Part shown: positions 9,463-22,684 of the stretch, piece by piece
Layout: each line of letters opens with the position of its first letter
How positions within the stretch are numbered: position 1 is the first letter of the stretch
DNA from: Halocafeteria seosinensis
Lineage: Eukaryota
Direction of reading: 5' to 3'
Assembly: GCA_001687465.1 (NCBI GenBank)
Contig: LVLI01000081.1
Span: 1-39,952 of the forward strand
DNA: 39,952 bases
The notes under the pieces: generated by a model
The model's database searches: none
Seen by the model: the letters and a program-made list of their open reading frames with translations, nothing else
Told to the model about the DNA's origin: nothing
Translations under genes and position numbers: made by a program

Positions 9463-9983
9463 GAAACAGCTTATGAGGGTCCCTTGTAGTGTCTTTACCG
9501 TGATGCCGTGGTGCCGCTAGGCGCATCTCGATATGCGTTTGCTTGGTCCTCTGTGCACGGCTCATTGGTCCGGGGGTTATAACTTACAAGTCGATTTGCT
9601 TTCAGTCTCCTGAATCCTTAGCGTTTGGAATAGCTCATGCCCTTCCGAGTCCTGTTCTTGCATACCGGTGGTAGTGCCTTTTGTCGAGACTCGGACGCAT
9701 CGCTGGCATACGTACGCGTCTGCCATAGCATTCATTCATTCCTTTAACATCAGTCAGAACCACTTCTTCTCCACATGAAATAATGGTCAACATCCGAGGT
9801 TTTCACGTCTTATTTGATGAAGAATAATCATTACAAAGCAGAACTTCCACCGCGCATCCTCGCCTCTGTCGTACGACTGACTGTGCCCCCCATGGCTCGT
9901 TTTGTATTTAGAATAGTTTCCTCATAGAGAGGGATTGTTGTAGTTTATCATTTATTACTATCATACATGTGCATCGTGCCAAC

Positions 9984-12927
9984 ATGCAGCGAGTGATTTC
10001 TGCCATCTTTTGCTCCCAGGAGACGGAGACCCGAGATGCCTTGACAACTGGAAGCAGCAGTGCGCCCAGCACATTATACACACTTTCCAGCACTCCCACC
10101 GTTCCATCCTCTGTGTCATGGAATCGTCCGTATGGAGTCTCTACAACGCATACAACAGCTGGAGGAGGAGACAATAGGCAATCCAAGGCGTTTGAGGAGC
10201 TCAAAGTGGATACATTTCAAACGAGTTCCGGATTCAGTATAGGGGAAGGATATGGGGACAATTCAGCCGAAGGAGGTGTGTTGTCTCCCATCGCAGAGAG
10301 TCCTGTGAGGGACTCCTCATCGTCGGCTGCTGCCGCTGAGGAAGAGGAGAGTGTGACCTCTAGCGACGCACGAGTTCAACGACCCCGAAGCCAATCGGTT
10401 CCAACGGCATCGGGTCAACACAGCAAGGGCAGTCTTAGTCCGCAATCTTCTTTTCACGGTAGTGCCACAGGCGAAAAGTTCCCTTCGGAACGCCATCAAA
10501 AGAAATTCATCGATCAAATTGATCAACTGGCGGATTTCCTTGTCAAAACAATCGGCTACCGCTCGTCACCGGATACCAGCGCTGTCCAGCGCGCACGTTC
10601 GCGAATTGCACGATCGGACAAAATACAAATACTGCTTTACCTCCTTAAACTTGGATTAAGGAATGCTCTTTCAGCCTACGCTATTAAGCTTGCTACTGCT
10701 CTGATTTCTGCCCTAGTTAAAGGGAAGGGGTTGAAGGAACTGCTTCAGTCTCTCATTGATCGGTCACATGTGCAATTTGGTCTCTTCGTGGGATGTTGTT
10801 GTGGTAAGTATTTGTTCCATATTCTGTAGTGTGTACGGGCTGAGGGTTATTAATTTGATGCTGTCTGTTCAGGTTTTACCGCTGCTCTCCGTGTGGTTAG
10901 TATACTGCTACGGGGGAAAGACGGAAGATTAAGTGCCATAGTGGCAGGCTTGATTGGCGGGTTNGCAATCTTCTTGGATCCTCAGTCTAAGTCACAGTCG
11001 TTTCCCCTTTACCTTCTCGTGCGCGCGTGCTACGCTGTAAGTGCAAATGCAGAGCCGTTTGTTCATGGCGTTATTGGTAACTCAGAGTGAGGGTTTGAAC
11101 TCCAGGGATTGCACACGATGATGAGAAAGGGATACATTGGCCATGCAAAGAGTTTACCTTACTGGATGTACGCCTTTGCTTCTGGTTGTATAGGCTACGC
11201 CTTCCTTTTGGAGCCCCAAATTCTGGACAAAGTACGTTTCATTTTACCTTGTATGCTTCATTACTGTATATTCCTATTGTCTGACGTACAGTCCTACTCC
11301 AAATGGTTCAGAGACCTGGCAGGGATGGAGAAACCTGTTTACGAATGGATCATAAAACAACCGTATTGGGGGATAGCTGACAACATGGTTAGCGGTCTTT
11401 ATCTCTTGGCTAGTGCTGTTGGCACCAGTGATCCAAGCTGGGTAGACGGGTATCTTCCAGACTCCTGGCGCGAAGGTCGAAGCATCCCAGGCGCCTGTTG
11501 TGGACCACTTTCGAAGAAAGGACTCTATATTGAGTCACCGACTACGAACACATGGTCTGCAGGCTTGGGTCAAGATCGGTTAGAGGATATGCCTCCAGCA
11601 TTCCGTCAATACATAGAGAAGACGGCGGCGGAAGCTCACACCACTCCTGAAGAAATTTTGAAGGAAAAGAGCTCCACGCTTCTACGAAGATCCTTTCACA
11701 CTGCACGCAAGCTGTTTAATAAAGAAACCTGTGGAGTTATCTCAGACCCCTTGTCCAGCGCGGAAGCAAAGGGTAGCCCAGGTGATCCAGCTTTGATAAA
11801 AGGCGGTATCCCCCTTTTTCCAAATCCTACTTACAATTCGCAGAAGTTGGAATCAAAAGCTGGACAAACTGCTTCCCTATTGAGTGCTTATAGGTTAACA
11901 TCGACTATTGGTGCGACCCGAAAAACGCACTATTTGCAAGGACTCCTAAATGAGTGTCGACAATGGTGGAGGTCTCTTGGTCACGGAACGCAGGAATATG
12001 CAGAATTAGCGAATCAATTCATAGACGCTATTGATTCGTCCTTTGTGGAAACCCCTTCGAAGTCCGAGGTCCATCCGGAACAGCCGTCCGAAATCCCCCG
12101 AGCGTTGTCCTCGGTGGACCCTGCGAGTTTATTCCCTGGAGTGTCAATCGGGGATCAATATTTTAGGCCATGTGAACATATATGGCATGAAGGGACTTCC
12201 TGTTTGGGACACCATATCACGGCTATGCCCAGGCAATTCCTTATTGGATTGCGTGTTTACTTACCTGTTCAACTACTACCGCAGCTCCTCTTTAGGTATC
12301 AGTCATTGCTCAGAGATCCTGTAAAATCTCTTCATCGTATTGCACGAAATACGGCAGGTTCGTGCTTGTTCTTGGTAGGCCATTCCTTCATGATGACCAC
12401 TACATTCTGTCTGCTGCGGACAATTCTTCAGTAAGTATCCCCCAATTTCTACTGAATCGCATGTGCCATATATGGCTTAACTCTGCTACAGTCGCGATAC
12501 ATGGTATAGTGCCGCCGCTTCCTGCGCTTCTGGCGTCGCGGGACTATATTTTGAAGCTCCGAAGCGTGTTACGGAACTGACGCTTTACGCGTTTCCTCGG
12601 GGACTAGAGGTAAGGGTGTACAGTCCACATCGTAGACTACCGTGCCTTTGCTATTTTTCATTGCGGAGCAGATCCTATTTGAACTCGGCGAAAAGTATGC
12701 TCTTGTAGCGCGAATTCCACACGGAAATGTCCTGATGTTCTGTATTGCCAATGCATTGTTTATTGGGATTCCTCGAGAGGATTTCAAGCCGACGTATAGG
12801 TATGTAGCGCCCACATACCGCCTGCGTTTTGATATGTATTTCCACAGTTCCATGCAGATCCATCCTCAACTTCTTTTATGGTGATAATGAGTTTTTTCAA
12901 ACGTTGGAGGAAGAGGCATCCGAATGA
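9984..12927 (+). CDS. TMEM135: TMEM135-like (PXMP4/Tim17-related) membrane protein, 7 exons
   Basis: Introns 10804-10872, 11037-11105, 11232-11291, 12431-12491, 12610-12671 and 12800-12857 join one frame. Motifs: RPCEHIWH..SC, GLRVYLPVQLLP, FEAPKRVTELTLYAFPRGLE, KPTYRSILNFFYG. The start codon is uncertain. Confidence 0.8.
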
Positions 12928-13434
12928 GGGAGCGTACAACTCTCGTTCTCTATCGGCTGGCACTTCTTGGAAGTGAGTGGGAAGTATGAAGAAATTGTAG
13001 CGTATCATTGACACAGCAGAGCAGTACATATCACCTAATTACCTGTAATCTTATTTTACTAAACTCTTCAATTCGCTTCATGGGTGGATTGTGCAAGGAG
13101 AACTTCATGTTCACCCGTCCTTCGCTTCTTCGGAATTGTAACAATGTACCGGTAACCGCTCGGATTCAATACATTGGCAGAATGCTAGTGTCGCTGACGG
13201 AAGCGTCAGGTTGTGCATGTATACATGTTCGTAAAGCTTCCACCAAGTTCTACGTTAGTCTCACCATTGCCTACTCGAGAACTGACTGAGAATATCCGCG
13301 TTGTGTCCGAAAACGCTGACGACGAGCCGAATCGAATCGTAACTTCCTTACTATTCGTATTACATGTATTGGGTAGTATGTTAGGTAAAAATAGAATTGT
13401 TAGTTTTATAGACATCTATTAGAGATCCATAAAA

Positions 13435-15831
13435 ATGGAGCAAAGATGGAGAGTCCATGCGTATAAGCGCCCTGATGTATCCTTGGCACGCGTAGCTGTG
13501 CACGCGGTGTATGCAGTTCCCAAGGATGTCGACACTTTACCGGAAGCTGCGTGGGTTCGAGAGCAGCGTCAGATACTGAACGAATGCCGAGAATTTCACC
13601 ATCGTATGTTTCACCACTGGTAAGCGATACTTTGGAATCGCCGAGGGGATCACGTAGCCATTAAATGTGGTTTGTTTGTGGCCAGCTCCGAAATGCGCTG
13701 GTTCCTGCACGGACCATTGAGGCTTCCTCGAACATGCAGTCAGTACGACCGACCTGAGCACGTGGACAACCCAGAGGATGACCGCGCATTTTGGGGAGTG
13801 CTCGTAGATGATGTTAAGGAGGCCATGGACCATCCACCGGACCGAGGAATGCAGATTGTGGAGACAAGTTCGGGTATAGATGAAGGAAGTAGCTCCTCCA
13901 GTGAACCTTGGATTCCTACGCATGTACGTAACTACATGAGATTGCATCTCTTTTCTTGTGATACTGAATTGTCTGGTATGGTCTCATCTACGCATATGCA
14001 GGTTGAAACCGTGATATTTGTAGAGTATGGAACAGAAACTGTGGATGATTGGACAGGCGCTTCAACACCACATCTACGAGGTAGTGCTCCCAATTCAAAT
14101 GGTGGCTCGTCTCAAGAAGCCAGTGCCAGCTCATTTTCGAAGAAATTGTCGAAATACTTTGTGGCGAGAAATAACACCGCATGTGGCATTCACGCTGACT
14201 TGACCGACATCAAACGCACTGGTGGCTCAGCAGCTTGCTTCCTGGGAACGATACCATTCCGGAAAATGCATATGCTTTGGAATCTCAACGAAGAAACTCG
14301 AATGCTTATTCCCGATGATTCTTGTTCAGATCTCCCTGTAGGATTCGGGGTAGGGGTAATTACAGAGGAGGGTTGGAGACATCCAGAAATACCGGGTAGC
14401 GCGTCGGTTGCGTATCATGAAGGATGCGGCCACGCGATCAATATGCCTCATCCAACGAGGCGGCATCCCAAAGGTGTAATGGATGTTGCTCAATATCACG
14501 GCACTCACCTGTCAGAACACCATATTGCCTGGGAGATTTTAAATGAAATGTGGTCCGCTAATGATGGAACAGCGGCGGGGTGCGCGCTAGAGCAGGACAT
14601 AAACCCATTGTTGAGTCTGGGGCTCGAAGAATGTGAAGGATGCCGAGAAGACCGACGAGTATGTGGACAATCCAAGGAGGAAAGTACTATGGGAAGTGGT
14701 GTTCTACAGGTTTTGAATAGCCTCGGCTCTCAATGTGGTCACTATGTTGGGCATGACGCCACTATAGTCACCCGTTGTCTTCAAAGCGCAATAGCTTTCA
14801 TATTCGTGGATGACACCACCGTCACGAAAATGATGATTCCCGAAAACGTAAAGAACCCTCATTCAAAGGAATATTGGGTGTATTCGCCTCATGACTCTTC
14901 GGATCCCGGTTATCTGAGACGATATGTTGAAAGCGTGCTCATTCTCAGGAAACACAGAAGCCACGTTACGCTAGTTCTGATACCAAGTGTAAAGTGGGCA
15001 GAATGCCAGTTTGGTCCTACAACTGATGTGACTGAAAAAGCCTCAGGGAAGATGAACTGCGATAGAGAAACTGCTAATAGCACGAGTGGACGGATGCAAG
15101 AGTTGCTGATAAACCATCTGAGTCGCTATCAGTTGCCAGTCTACGGCAATGATATGTTTCATTTTGAAGAGCTGTTCTCTTCGTTTTTAAGAAACCAGGG
15201 AGGCCAGCAGAACAATTCGGAGGGTTTTGATGATGACAGCGTTGTGGGAAATACGGTTGTGATTGGAGATCGAACTCGAGGACTACAAATCAGACTCCCG
15301 GACGCTGACCCGCGCACCATATTTCGCATCGGATCTTCCGGAGACTTAGGCTCATACGATTTGGAATCCCACGAAGATATAGCGTACATTCGCCCATATG
15401 ATCCTTTAACTTGTGATGATTCCTCAGTGCCTTCAGAAATAGACTCTTGCGTGGATCAGGTCACAAGTTCGTCGGCGTCAACCCACGAAATTCCTGCCGC
15501 TACCATAAGGACTTGTATCCAACAAGCAGTGGATGGTTTAGGGGAGGACAATGTCGTTGGTGGTCTTCGCTCCATCCCCACTGATTGTGAAAAAGCCAGT
15601 ATAGTGATTGCCGCATCCAAGAGCAATGTTTTAGTGCAGCTGATGCGATTGCTCGAATTCTATCGACCCGAGGAATGGGGTTTCGCTACAGATCCTAGTT
15701 GTTCCCTCTCTTCTCCTGACGGACATGCATGGCAGCATTTTCGCAAAGGGTTTTGGGCTTCGAGTAGGCGTGCTAGTGACACTGGTACCGGCTCCGGTTG
15801 TACAGCAGGTGGTAGTGCTAGTAGTGACTAA
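13435..15831 (+). CDS. Metzincin-like zinc metallopeptidase domain protein, 2 exons
   Basis: Intron 13620-13685 (GTAAGC..CAG) joins the 62-aa and 719-aa ORFs in frame. YHEGCGHAINMPHP is followed by GVMD, a Met-turn-like motif. Confidence 0.7.
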
Positions 15832-15980
15832 AATTTAACTTCTGACGCCGCGTCGCCGACGGCACGCCGTTGGTGAGCACGGGGGTAAGTAAGTCTTTGG
15901 GAGGGGGTAGTTGGCCTGGACGGAAAGGGTTTGTTTGTTGAGACGTTAGTTAGCAAAAACACATCAGTTATACTTTAACA

Positions 15981-17929
15981 ATGACGACTATACTAAATAA
16001 ACTCCTGCTATCTGTCTGTGTCCTTGCGCTCTATGTCGCTCCTCCCGTGGTGGCAGTGTCTGAGACCTTTGCGGATGACGATTATGAAGCGCCTGAGCAT
16101 ACTTACGCCTACAGGGACGAAGTCCCCGTGATGGCCAACAAGGTTGGCCCTTTGGGCAATCCTTCAGAGACGTACCACTACTATTCGATGCCGTTTTGCC
16201 GTCCGAAAAACCTCGAGAAACAAGCTCACGAGCTGGGCGAACATTTGGCGGGGGACAGGAAAGTGAACACCCTCTATGATATACGATTCCGAGTGACCGA
16301 GGAATGGAGAGAGCTCTGCAAGAAGACGATTAAGTCCAAGCAGATTCAGAAGTTCGTGGATGCCATTGAGCAAGAGTACTATGTATGTGAGGAGTCTTCT
16401 GCCTCCGTCTCGTTCCTGAGGTGAATGAGCTTTATTTCTGCAGTATGAGATATTTTTGGATGACTTACCGATCTGGGGTTTTGTTGGAGAAGAGCAAGTG
16501 AGCGATGTAGTATTAGGTATGTATTGCACACATGCAGAGAACAAGTCCTCATGGGTCACCGTATTGATGATGATGCCCCTCAGGTTCCAAAGCGACCAAC
16601 AAGTACTACTTGTACACTCACATGCACTTTGACATTTCGTACAATGGGGACCACATCATTGGCGTCAACGTGACGACCGATCCGAAGCAAGCGCACTCTC
16701 TGGACCCTCAAATTAGTGAACAAAGAGTTGTTTTCTCGTACTCGGTCAACTGGAAGAAGACCAACAAAAACTTTGCAAACCGCTTGGAAATGCAGCAGAG
16801 CAAGAGCTTTTTGCCTGCTACGCTGGAGATACACTGGCTTTCCATTATTAACAGTCTCGTATTGGCCGTTTTATTGACAGCTTTTTTGAGTATCATCTTG
16901 TTGCGAGTGGTGAAAAATGACTTCACACGCTATATGAGAGCTGAAGGAGATCCCGATGTTGTCGAGCCAGAGACGGGCTGGAAATTGATCCACGGCGATG
17001 TCTTCAGAGTACCGCGAGGTCTCAATCTACTCTGTGCTCTCCTCGGTACTGGGGCCCAGCTCCTAGTAGTTGGGTTCACTTTGCTTGCTATGGCACTCAT
17101 GGGCACATTTGTCAGTGGTCGGCGAGGCTCCATGATGACCTCTGCTATTGTTCTATACTGCCTTACTGGGTTTATTGGAGGATACGTTGCGGCAAGATTA
17201 TACCGCATGTTCCGTGGCTCGAGATGGGCTTGGAATATCGTCTTGACTTCGTTGGTATTCCCGCTTCCTCTCCTACTGGTGTTTTCATTCGTCAACACTG
17301 CAGCAATTATACGGCATTCCACAGCAGCGCTTCCGTTTTCAACAATTATGGTTATCTTGGCTATGTGGCTATTAGTAGCGTTTCCTCTTACAGTGCTCGG
17401 TGGCATTGCAGGAAGGCATTCAACGGAATGGAAGCCCCCGTGTCGCACGAATAAAGTCCCCCGTCAAATCCCAGAGCTACCACTATGGAGAAGAGCCCCT
17501 ACCCAGGCATTTATCGCTGGATTCCTACCCTTTAGTGCGATCTCTATCGAGCTTCATTACATTTTCGCTTCCATATGGGGATATCGAGTTTATACAGTTT
17601 TTGGGATACTGATGCTCGCTTTCGTCTTGCTTATCGTCGTGGTTAGTTTCGTGACGATTGCCTTAACGTATTTCCAATTGGCAGGAGAAGATTGGAGATG
17701 GTGGTGGCGATCTATGCTGTGCGGCGGAACCGTCAGTCTATTCATCTATTTATACTGCTTCTTTTTCCATATTAATCACAGCGAAATGCAAGGATTCTTG
17801 CAGTTATCCTATTTCTACGGATATTCTGCCGTTATGAGTTACGCAGCTTTCCTCATGCTCGGATTCGTAGGTTTCATTAGCTCGTTCCTCTTCGTCAGAT
17901 ACTTGTACTCGCAAGTCAAGTCAGATTAG
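15981..17929 (+). CDS. TM9SF1: Transmembrane 9 superfamily (nonaspanin/EMP70) protein, TM9SF1-like, 3 exons
   Basis: Signal peptide, NKVGPLGNPSETYHYY, LDDLPIWGFVG, IHWLSIINS, GWKLIHGDVFR, EDWRWWWRS and C-terminal VKSD. Introns 16383-16443 and 16517-16583. Confidence 0.95.
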
Positions 17930-17966
17930 ACCATCAGCCCTAGCCGAATATACACCACATATCAGG

Positions 17967-18930
17967 TTACTCACGATGTTCTTCTTCGGATTTATTTTGC
18001 GTAATATACTTCACGCGCTCCGTTTGGAGAAAGCCTCTCAATTGCCCACGAACCTTCAGTCGGTCCTCCGACCCCGTAATCATGAGCATTGGATGAGAAT
18101 CAGATGGAGAAGCGGCTTTGCTCTCAATGATATCGACCGTCACTAGGTCAAGGTTCAGGTACCTTCCTCGACGAACAGCTTCAATCGTTGTCATGCCCGT
18201 GCCTTGGCTTCCCGTCACCTGACAGAGCATCTGAACTCTCGGGTAAAGCCACTTGGGACGCCTGTAGGTAGCTAACAGTAACACCAAACCGTATCCATAG
18301 ATTCCAGCTGTTAGCGTAGCTGGCGAGGAACTTACATCGATTTATCGTCGAGCCCAATGCCTCCATTACGGATGGTATAGGCTCTGAGATGGCCTCCTTG
18401 AATGTTGTATCCCAACAATCTTTGTACATCTTGATTCTCGCGTATGACTCCCAGAGCACGTTGAAGGGCCACTTCGGGTCTTATTATGGACATTCTCCAG
18501 GCTGCGTACGCCATTCCACTGCAGAGGAATCCAGTGGATAAACCTGCCAGGAAGCCCATATACGCCACATCTGTGAAATTCCAGCTCTGTAGACAGCAAA
18601 ACAAGCGTGTGGAATCAGCTAGAACCTGCTTCCTGTGGGTGTGTGATGGCGTACCATGAGAGAACTCGTCATGTACATTGCCAGACGAGATGTCCCATAA
18701 ATGGTAACGAGACCACCTCCCACCATGAGCGCTTGCGGAAGGAACTTCTTGTACAACGAGTACCGCTTGGAGACTTTCTTCTGCCAGCCTTCATGGTCCT
18801 CCTGTGGGTTCTTAGACTGCAAAGTCGAAGTGGATGAGATCCATCGAATACTTCCAGGATGGAGACTGGAAGTTTGAAATCTGACTACATTTGAACTTTT
18901 CGAAGTTCCTCTTTGAATTCTTGAAATCAT
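17967..18930 (-). CDS. Mitochondrial inner-membrane protein, TIM21/Coa1-like, 3 exons
   Basis: Exons 18930-18655, 18586-18336 and 18261-17967 join in frame. Basic, Ser-rich presequence, two TM helices, then ALGVIRENQDVQRLLG..G..LRAY and RVQMLCQVTGSQGTG..TIEA, resembling TIM21/Coa1 folds. Confidence 0.65.
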
Positions 18931-19193
18931 ACTGTAGTGGTTTCTTTTAGTTCTTCTGAAGCACGCTACAGACAGTGGGGTGGGGTGACAAACAATCCCA
19001 AGTGGAACATTCAACTTATCACGGAAAATTCCACTACAGTCGGTAAGTCAGGTACATTTTCTCTTAGTAATGCCTAAAAAATATTTTTACATACAAATTG
19101 TAGTATGCACTAGTAAGAAGTGCGGCAGAAGCACGAAATGACTGGAAGTTAAAAGAATCCTATTCTATCGTGCCGGAGTTGTATTAATGTGGA

Positions 19194-21879
19194 TCATTGT
19201 CCCGAACCTTCTGTAAGAAACGACAGCGTAGAGAGCTGATCCACCAATATAATCCATAGCAACGCGTAAGAAAGCATGCCGCTTAGACATGTCACCAGCC
19301 AAACACGCCACTCCTTGAACAGGGCCATGCCGACAGATACAACGCTGATACCAAACTGACAGCGCCCAATGAGGTCAAACAGACCCAATATTGATATGTT
19401 TGCTACTAGTATAAGTGCACAGCACCATAAAATATCCTGGTATTCTTGCCGAGAAAAGTGTTCGTAGGGAAATGACTGCGGATCAACGGATACTGTACAA
19501 GTAGGGAAAATTCCACTTCACTCAGAATTGAAAGCATACCTTGCGGTTACCACCGAAAGCTATAAAAGGGAAAAGAACAACAAACGACAAAATGGAAAAA
19601 ACGTTTGCGAAAATCATCGTGAACAAGCGCTGGGATGTACCTAGTCTCCTGTAAAACATTAGCGGCAACTGTTAACACCATCTGACGCACTCTTTCAAGA
19701 CGGAGACTGAACTCACCACCCAATTGACACTATGTTCTTGGCGGAATGATCACGGCCACTCCCCTCTCTTGAGGCATGTGTTGCCATTGGTATGGGTGTA
19801 TTGTCCGTGAAACAGTCTAGCAGGGGAGAACTATGTCTCCTAGAAGTTGCGGGACGTTGCTGACTGGTTCGGCTGGCACCACTCTCTCCAGATCTTTGCT
19901 CCATGCTACTCGCCCGACGGTTTGCATTGATCCAAGCAGAACTGGTAGACTCAATACTGGATAGTTCGGCCAGCCATCGAAGAGCCCATTCGTAACACAA
20001 TGCGCGTGAATCAAAAATCGGAATAGTCAAATCAGACGACGGTACATTGCGTGTAGAAGATAGTTTCCGTTGAGTTATTTCACTCTCTTCGAGGGAAGGA
20101 CCTAGTGCAACCATTTCTTTGCTTCGAGGACAGTACATCAACGTTCTACCCAAACGAGGGCTGCGTATCTCGAACAACATATCAGTCCTTAACTGGATGT
20201 TAGACGGCGAGGGAACAAATCCGGTTTCATGGCTGATGGCATCACAGCGGCTACCAGCAGGCCGATCTCCGTTATCTAAAAATGAAAAAGAGAGCGAGTA
20301 TGTGTGAATAGCAGTGATCAACTAAGCCAAAAACAACAGCCCAGTGCTCTTACCTTCCGTAGACGAATATCTCCTGTAAACATAGCTTCTATCCAAAAGA
20401 CTACGGCCCAGTGTGCCTTCGCGTAAGCTGGAGGTTAACGTGAGGGAACGGGTCCAGCAGATTCCTTGAAAACCAAGTATGCTTAGCTCGCCAAGCAACA
20501 GCAACACGAATGCGGTGGCAGAGGATAGTTCGGGAAGGAAAAATGCCAAGAACACTCCAGACATGCATTCAGGGAAATAAGTTGCCAGTATCACCCCCGT
20601 TTCGTTCACTCGTTTGTCATACCGTTGCCTCATTTTGGAAATGTGGGCATCGTTTTTCCCATCCCAAACGCCTCCACCGCGATGGCCTTTTTCAATAGTG
20701 GCAGGAATTGCAACCACCCTGAAAGCAATGCTGAACAATGCAAATATGATTGACAGAGCGCTCTGCGCGGAAGACGTTTTATACTTCCGAAATAGCACAA
20801 ACAGCGAGAGGGACAGAAGATAGAAGCACAAGTATTCCAACGACAGCGCCGTCAGCACACAGATCCGTCTTCTAATGAAGAATGAGTGCTTGGGCACGCG
20901 GATGCACCTCAACGAAGACTTAGCACTCGTTACTGACTTACTCCTCCCTCGACTATGCGGAATCAGTGTGGTTCTGCTATGTTCCCGATGGTTGATTATG
21001 TACCACTTTAATCGGTTCTTGAAGGACCGGATACTATGACCGCAAGATAAAAGTAGCTGTGCAACGCTAGCTTTAGATCTTCCTTCTTCGTACTTCGGCA
21101 ACTCATACGCAAATGCCCTGTGGAGCCATGCAACCACCACAGTGGTAAGAGCAGAGCCAGATAGCAACCCGAGCAAAGGGACTGGGAACTTTCCAACAGC
21201 GCGCGGAATAAGGTCAAGTAATATAAACATCAGAACCGTTTTCGCAATTGTCGGTAGTATTTGAAAGTAAACGTGATCATGCGGTTCCAAGTACATTGGT
21301 TGCACACAGAGGACGGATAAATCTGTGAGCAAATTCACCACCACCTTCTGCAATGGAAACTTCTGGTTCACTTGAAAAGAAGGAAGTCAAAAATGATGAG
21401 CAACTTACCTGCGCTATCCATCCCCATGTTTCAGAGAGAGGTATAAAATCTCCATCATTCTCGGGGCTGGAAAGTGGATGAAGCCGTGGAAGCATCCAGC
21501 ATATCGTCAAACCGGTTGGAAGAATTATTCCGAAGAAGAATGCCAACAGCCACGAAAAACCAAGTCGTGGAATGTTCAGGAAGTGTCCGACAAGCGTGGT
21601 AGAGCCGGGAACCGAATTGTACTTCCACACCCGCGTAATCACAACTCCAGTTACTCCAAGGTATTTTGAGAAAAGTTCCGGTCCACGAAGCAGTTCTGCA
21701 CCTTTTAACTGTTTACATCCCATGGACGCTCCGTAGGTGAGGAATGTTTCCCAAATGTACCGAGGCGCGGAGCGACTAACCGATGACGACGAAGTCGGCG
21801 ATACTCTTCGCCTCTCGGAGACGATGTGATCCAGTGGAACAACTCTTCCCCGTATTCGGTGTCCAGGACTGGCGCTCAT
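19194..21879 (-). CDS. Multi-pass membrane protein, tandem paralog 1, 5 exons
   Basis: Introns 21348-21408, 20276-20353, 19649-19716 and 19476-19539 give a continuous frame. Shares RGPE..SKYLG, WGW..Q, P.DH.YF...PT.AK, LP.YE.G, WDG, WALRWL and SFPY with paralogs 2 and 3 (WALRWL only with paralog 3). Confidence 0.8.
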
Positions 21880-22684
21880 GATTCCTCAAAAAGGGCCGCT
21901 GCTTCGAAGTAAGGTGTCAATTTCAGCGCAGGTGGTGAATGTTCAGCATTTTTTTGGGTACGTTTACATTACTGTTGTTGGGCGATAATGCGCCCTGTAT
22001 ATGTCATATGACAGGATAAAATCCTCCCCTGACGATCCGAGGAATCAGCGGAACTTTTTTTGAGGTGGCAAAAGATACCTCCACGACCACAGTTCTTGAC
22101 TACTGTTTCATTGACCATTTGACGGACAAGACCGACAACGAATACACACTTCACACCCTTGTATACAAAATGAATGCCTGCAAAAAAACACGCTGTTCGT
22201 TGGCTTGAAGAGCATGCGACCGAGCTGGTGCGACCAGGAAAATCCAACCTCTGCTGTGAAACTATGCTTTCCAGTGCGCGAATACCTCGTCTGTATGCCT
22301 ACGTCTATATGGTCTACACGGGGTAAATATCATGCAGGATATCCTAGAGGGAGTGGCCGAAAAGCGAACAGGCCGACATGAGCATCTCTCGAATATGCGG
22401 GAGCTGTAAAACGTCTGCGGTCTTGCTTGGATTCCACCGTCTTAAAACACTGTTTAGCACTGTTTAGGATGCGCAAAATCGCGACATATACCGTCGTTGG
22501 TCGTGGATTCCGCAGGGTTTCCCTCATTCGCCCTACGGGTTCGGCCTACTGTAGCGAAGCACGTACACTAGGTCCAGTCAAACGGTAGAATCTTTTACAG
22601 CGTGGCACAGTGGCATTGATCCATCGATGATCTCCAATACGCTTCCAATCTATTCGGTGAATACAATAAAAGCGGGAGAGACAC

